NCBI GenBank assembly: GCA_021613535.1
Contig: CP075494.1
Location: 12,338,001 to 12,402,000, forward strand
Direction of reading: 5' to 3'
From: Adineta vaga
Lineage: Eukaryota; Animalia; Rotifera
Length of the DNA: 64,000 nucleotides
Below the pieces are notes generated by a model. It worked only from the letters and a program-made list of their open reading frames with translations, did no database searches and was not told the DNA's origin. How positions within the stretch are numbered: position 1 is the first letter of the stretch; every line of letters starts with the position of its first letter. Of the stretch, positions 60,661-64,000 are shown in pieces. A program made the position numbers and the translations under genes.

Positions 60661-61003
60661 TAATTCCATTCAAAATCAAATGTCTCATTGTATTATTATA
60701 TCTCCATCGTTTATGGTGGAAGAAAATCCTTTAACACATTCAAATCATCAACATCATCATCATCATCATTCTACACCGGTGTTTGTTGTTCAACAACATT
60801 TACCTTCATCATCGAATGCTTTGATAACTCCTTCAACAAATTTACCAATTAAAAAAGAAAAATGTGTATCAGATATTATGCATGAAGCATTTCAACTTCT
60901 ATCTTATTGGCCATTGGATCATCACCATGGTTTAATCACATCAGAGAATGAACAACAAATTCCTCATTCTCGTTTTAATATGGATGAACATCTTATGTTC
61001 TAA
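59345..61003 (+). CDS. C2H2 zinc-finger plus WRKY/GCM/FAR1-like zinc-ribbon protein, copy 2, with polyQ/polyN/polyH tail
   Basis: CSMCSKVYRSGAGLRYHKRKRH, CQEFGC..LRNHLANHH, DFTDWKSSFESSTGSKYVK, YYYCNRTG and HCTSSMKV..VQYYPAHYGH. Confidence 0.8.
60401..60664 (+). repeat. Coding trinucleotide repeats (CAA)n and (AAT)n giving polyQ and polyN
   Basis: CAA run at ~60401-60442 and AAT run at ~60628-60664 within the last exon. Confidence 0.85.
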
Positions 61004-62007
61004 CTCGTTTCTTTTTCTCTTTAATGTGATCAATACATACGTCCTATTTCTTCGTCGTCGTCTTCTTCTTCTTCCTTCTTTTATATGTTCATTCAGAAAA
61101 AAACAGTGCTTGTATTTTGATCAACATTGAACAAAGTCTCCTTTTGAGACATCTACAATCATTTATTCATTGTTTTTTTTCCTTCTTTTCTGTGTTTCAT
61201 TCCTTTCTTATGACTTAGTTCTTCTTTCGCGCTGTGCTTGTCACGCAGAAACACTGATAATTCTTCGTCTTACATATGCTAAAAAGAGATCTTTCTTTTT
61301 TTTTCTTCTTTCTCTTTATCTCTTCCATGCACTTGCATACACGTACATATACGTATACATTTCTCTTGTTTATCTTTGTTTTGTTATAAAAGAACATTCG
61401 AACAATATGCAAAAAAAAACTAGAATACATATATGTATATACATGAAAATAATGATGAATTTTTATTGCATAAAAATTATTCATAATCTTCAATTTAATT
61501 CCAGATAATATGCAGATCATTATCTATGAAATAATCTTTATATTTACCTATAACTAAACTGAATAAATCTTGTGAAGATTTCATTAAAAGATTTTTTTTT
61601 GGGACAGATTGAAACCTGTCTACGACAGAATTCATATAAAATGATGAAATTAAATCAAATATTGCTGTTCGCTTATCTTGTTTCTTTGCAAAGAAATAAA
61701 AACTAATTGAATTTCTATTTATTCATAATGATCTACGTTTATACTGTAAGTCATACTTATAACCCTTGATACAGAATGTAATAAAATACTCGAAAATTTT
61801 GAAGCAGAAAAAAATAACAAATTGTATTCTACCAAATTATTTGTTACCATATATTCAAGGTTATCAAAACACGTGTATTTCATTTTATGACAAAAAAAGA
61901 TAAACTTGATGATACTTCGGCAAATAGTATCAAAACATGAGAAATGCACTAGCCATATTACAATTGTTATGTAAACGTATAGAAATCTATTTCTAGATAA
62001 GAATATC

Positions 62008-64000
62008 ATGGATTCGGTACCATATACAGAACGACGTAATCCTAAAACCATGAATGTTGATATGGACACTCCAGAAGGTAGAGAGCGATACTTCTTCTGA
62101 ATTGATTCGATATAAAATGAAGATTTTGTTTTTTGATCAGGTATTGTGGATCTTTTACATGAATGTAATATGGAAGTTTTTAATGGATATGAAAATCATA
62201 AAGTAAATATTGATTTTAGTCAATTATATGTTGATGAAATTTTCATTCTAGGGTTTATCTGATGAAGAAATTTTGAATAAACTTGATCAGTTTGTATCAC
62301 TTGTTCGAGCAACATTACAAGTATTGAGTGGATTCATCTCACTAAACTATTTTATTTCGAAAGTAATATTTTATTTAGAATGAAAAAGGTGTGATTGTTA
62401 TTAGTGGATGTGGCACATCCGGTCGAATCGGTTTTCTAGCTTGTGTAAGTATTTAATTGGACTCTGAAAAAATTTAGTTTGTTTATTCTGTAGACGTTTT
62501 TCAATCAAATATGTCGCCAACAAAATCTTCCTGATAAATATCGGTATATTATTGCCGGTGGAAATAGGTAGGATAATTTCTCTTTAGATATTCAATTCGT
62601 TAATAGATGCTTCTTGATATAGTGCTCTGGTTACATCGATTGAAGCATGTGAAGATGATCCAATACTAGGTGCTAAAGAATTAAAAGATATTACTGAATC
62701 CTATGAGCATGTTCTTTTTGTTGGTATTACTTGTGGATTATCTGCACCATTCGTTGGTGGTCAACTAGAATATTGTTTGGATAATCAAAAAAAATTCACA
62801 CCTATTCTCATTGGTTTTAATCCGATTTCAATGGCACGACGAATATGTGTTCCTAAATGGCCAAATAATCGAACATTTCATGATATTGCATCGCGAATGG
62901 AAGCAAACCAAGGAGTATTAGTGATTAATCCAATAGTCGGTCCTGAACCAATTTCTGGTTCATCAAGAATGAAAGGTGGTACAGCAACAAAAGTTATTCT
63001 TGATACAGTTTTTTATTTGGCATCGACAAATACAACAAGCAAAGCAAGTGATATGATTGAAATTTATAAGAACGCAGTCGATACAATGGAAATCGCTGGA
63101 AATGATCTGGCGTCTATTGTTGAACAGGCTGGAGAATGGTAAACAATTATACTTTTGAGTTTTTTCTCTATCATATCTGTCGATTTTAGTTTAAAGAATA
63201 ATGCTTGTATTCGATATGTCGGCTCATCTACATTTGGTATATGGGGTATGATTGATGCATCAGAATGTGTACCAACTTACAATTCTGGTTTGTTATAATT
63301 TTTTGTCATTCTATACTGAATCACATTACATCCACGTTCATAGCTTATAATGATATTCGCGGATTTATGGCAAATGATTATTTTAAACGAAATTTAAATC
63401 CTGGACCACCTAATTCTTTTGTAAGTTAAAAGATGCTTCATAAAGATATATTGCTTTTTTGTATAGATTTCACCTGCATTACACGAAGCTACACCAGATG
63501 ATTTATCGAAAACATTTGAAGATTTACCATCATCAAGTTTGGTGGTTTTTATTGATACAGGTATATATGGACCAACTATTCCAATCTAAACAATTAAATC
63601 ATATCTCTCTTTGAATCCTAGAATTTCACTCACAGAAAACATTAGTGCAAAAACTTCAAGAAAAAGGACATCGCATTGCTTGGATTAAACTTTTAAGTAT
63701 CGAATCATTTGATTCAGTTCGTTTTCTGGCTTTTTTTTTGTTTTGACTTCAAAAATAACAATATTTATTTTCCTATATAGAATTCCAAGGTACAACTCGC
63801 TGATTTTAGTGTTTGCATTCCATCATCGGATACGACGATGCGATATTGTCTAGCTGAACTCATACTTAAATTAAGTTTGAACACAATTTCGACTGGTGCA
63901 CATATTATGAAAGGAAAAGTTTTTCAAAATATTATGATTGATGTTCGCGTCAGGTATGCAATGTTTATGTCTATGCATTGATTTGATTTCAGGTTTGATT
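62008..64000 (+). CDS. GCKR: Glucokinase regulatory protein-like (SIS domains, MurQ-related), 3' truncated by the window
   Basis: PYTERRNPKT..D, SGCGTSGRIGF, IIAGG, EACEDDP, GITCGLSAPFVGGQL, GPEPISGSSRMKGGTATK and LNTISTGAHIMKGKVFQNIMIDVRV. Confidence 0.88.

Overview
AT-rich, gene-dense eukaryotic DNA with many very short (~50-60 nt) GT-AG introns. Gene content and style suggest a bdelloid rotifer (Adineta/Rotaria-like); this is inference. Genes in order: PNPLA2/ATGL-like lipase, beta-TrCP, VMA21, 5-oxoprolinase, a cytochrome P450, two tandem ELOVL6-like elongases, an App1-type phosphatidate phosphatase (horizontal-transfer candidate), a roadblock/LC7 protein, a CRAL-TRIO protein, a CCDC177-like protein, a divergent PIP kinase, KSR, a PRKX/PKA-like kinase, an EGF+7TM receptor, an unknown Ser/Pro-rich protein, an intron-containing DDE-transposase-derived gene, PSMA2, DHX16, two paralogous C2H2+WRKY/GCM-like zinc-ribbon genes and a GCKR-like gene running off the end. 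The standout is invisible in the ORF track. At 20.0-21.7 kb on the minus strand are two tandem, apparently bicistronic micro-genes. Each has a spliced 30-aa upstream ORF (27/30 identical between copies, last 23 codons differ only synonymously, W-x-x-Q-P-A motif reminiscent of the GADD34 uORF). Each uORF is followed by a spliced 63-71 aa microprotein with a beta-TrCP-degron-like N-terminus and a conserved C-terminal GxWDGYxTKDxFxxMHLR motif. KSR also carries two candidate mutually exclusive C1-domain exons and a dead catalytic loop. All exon boundaries were read by eye.
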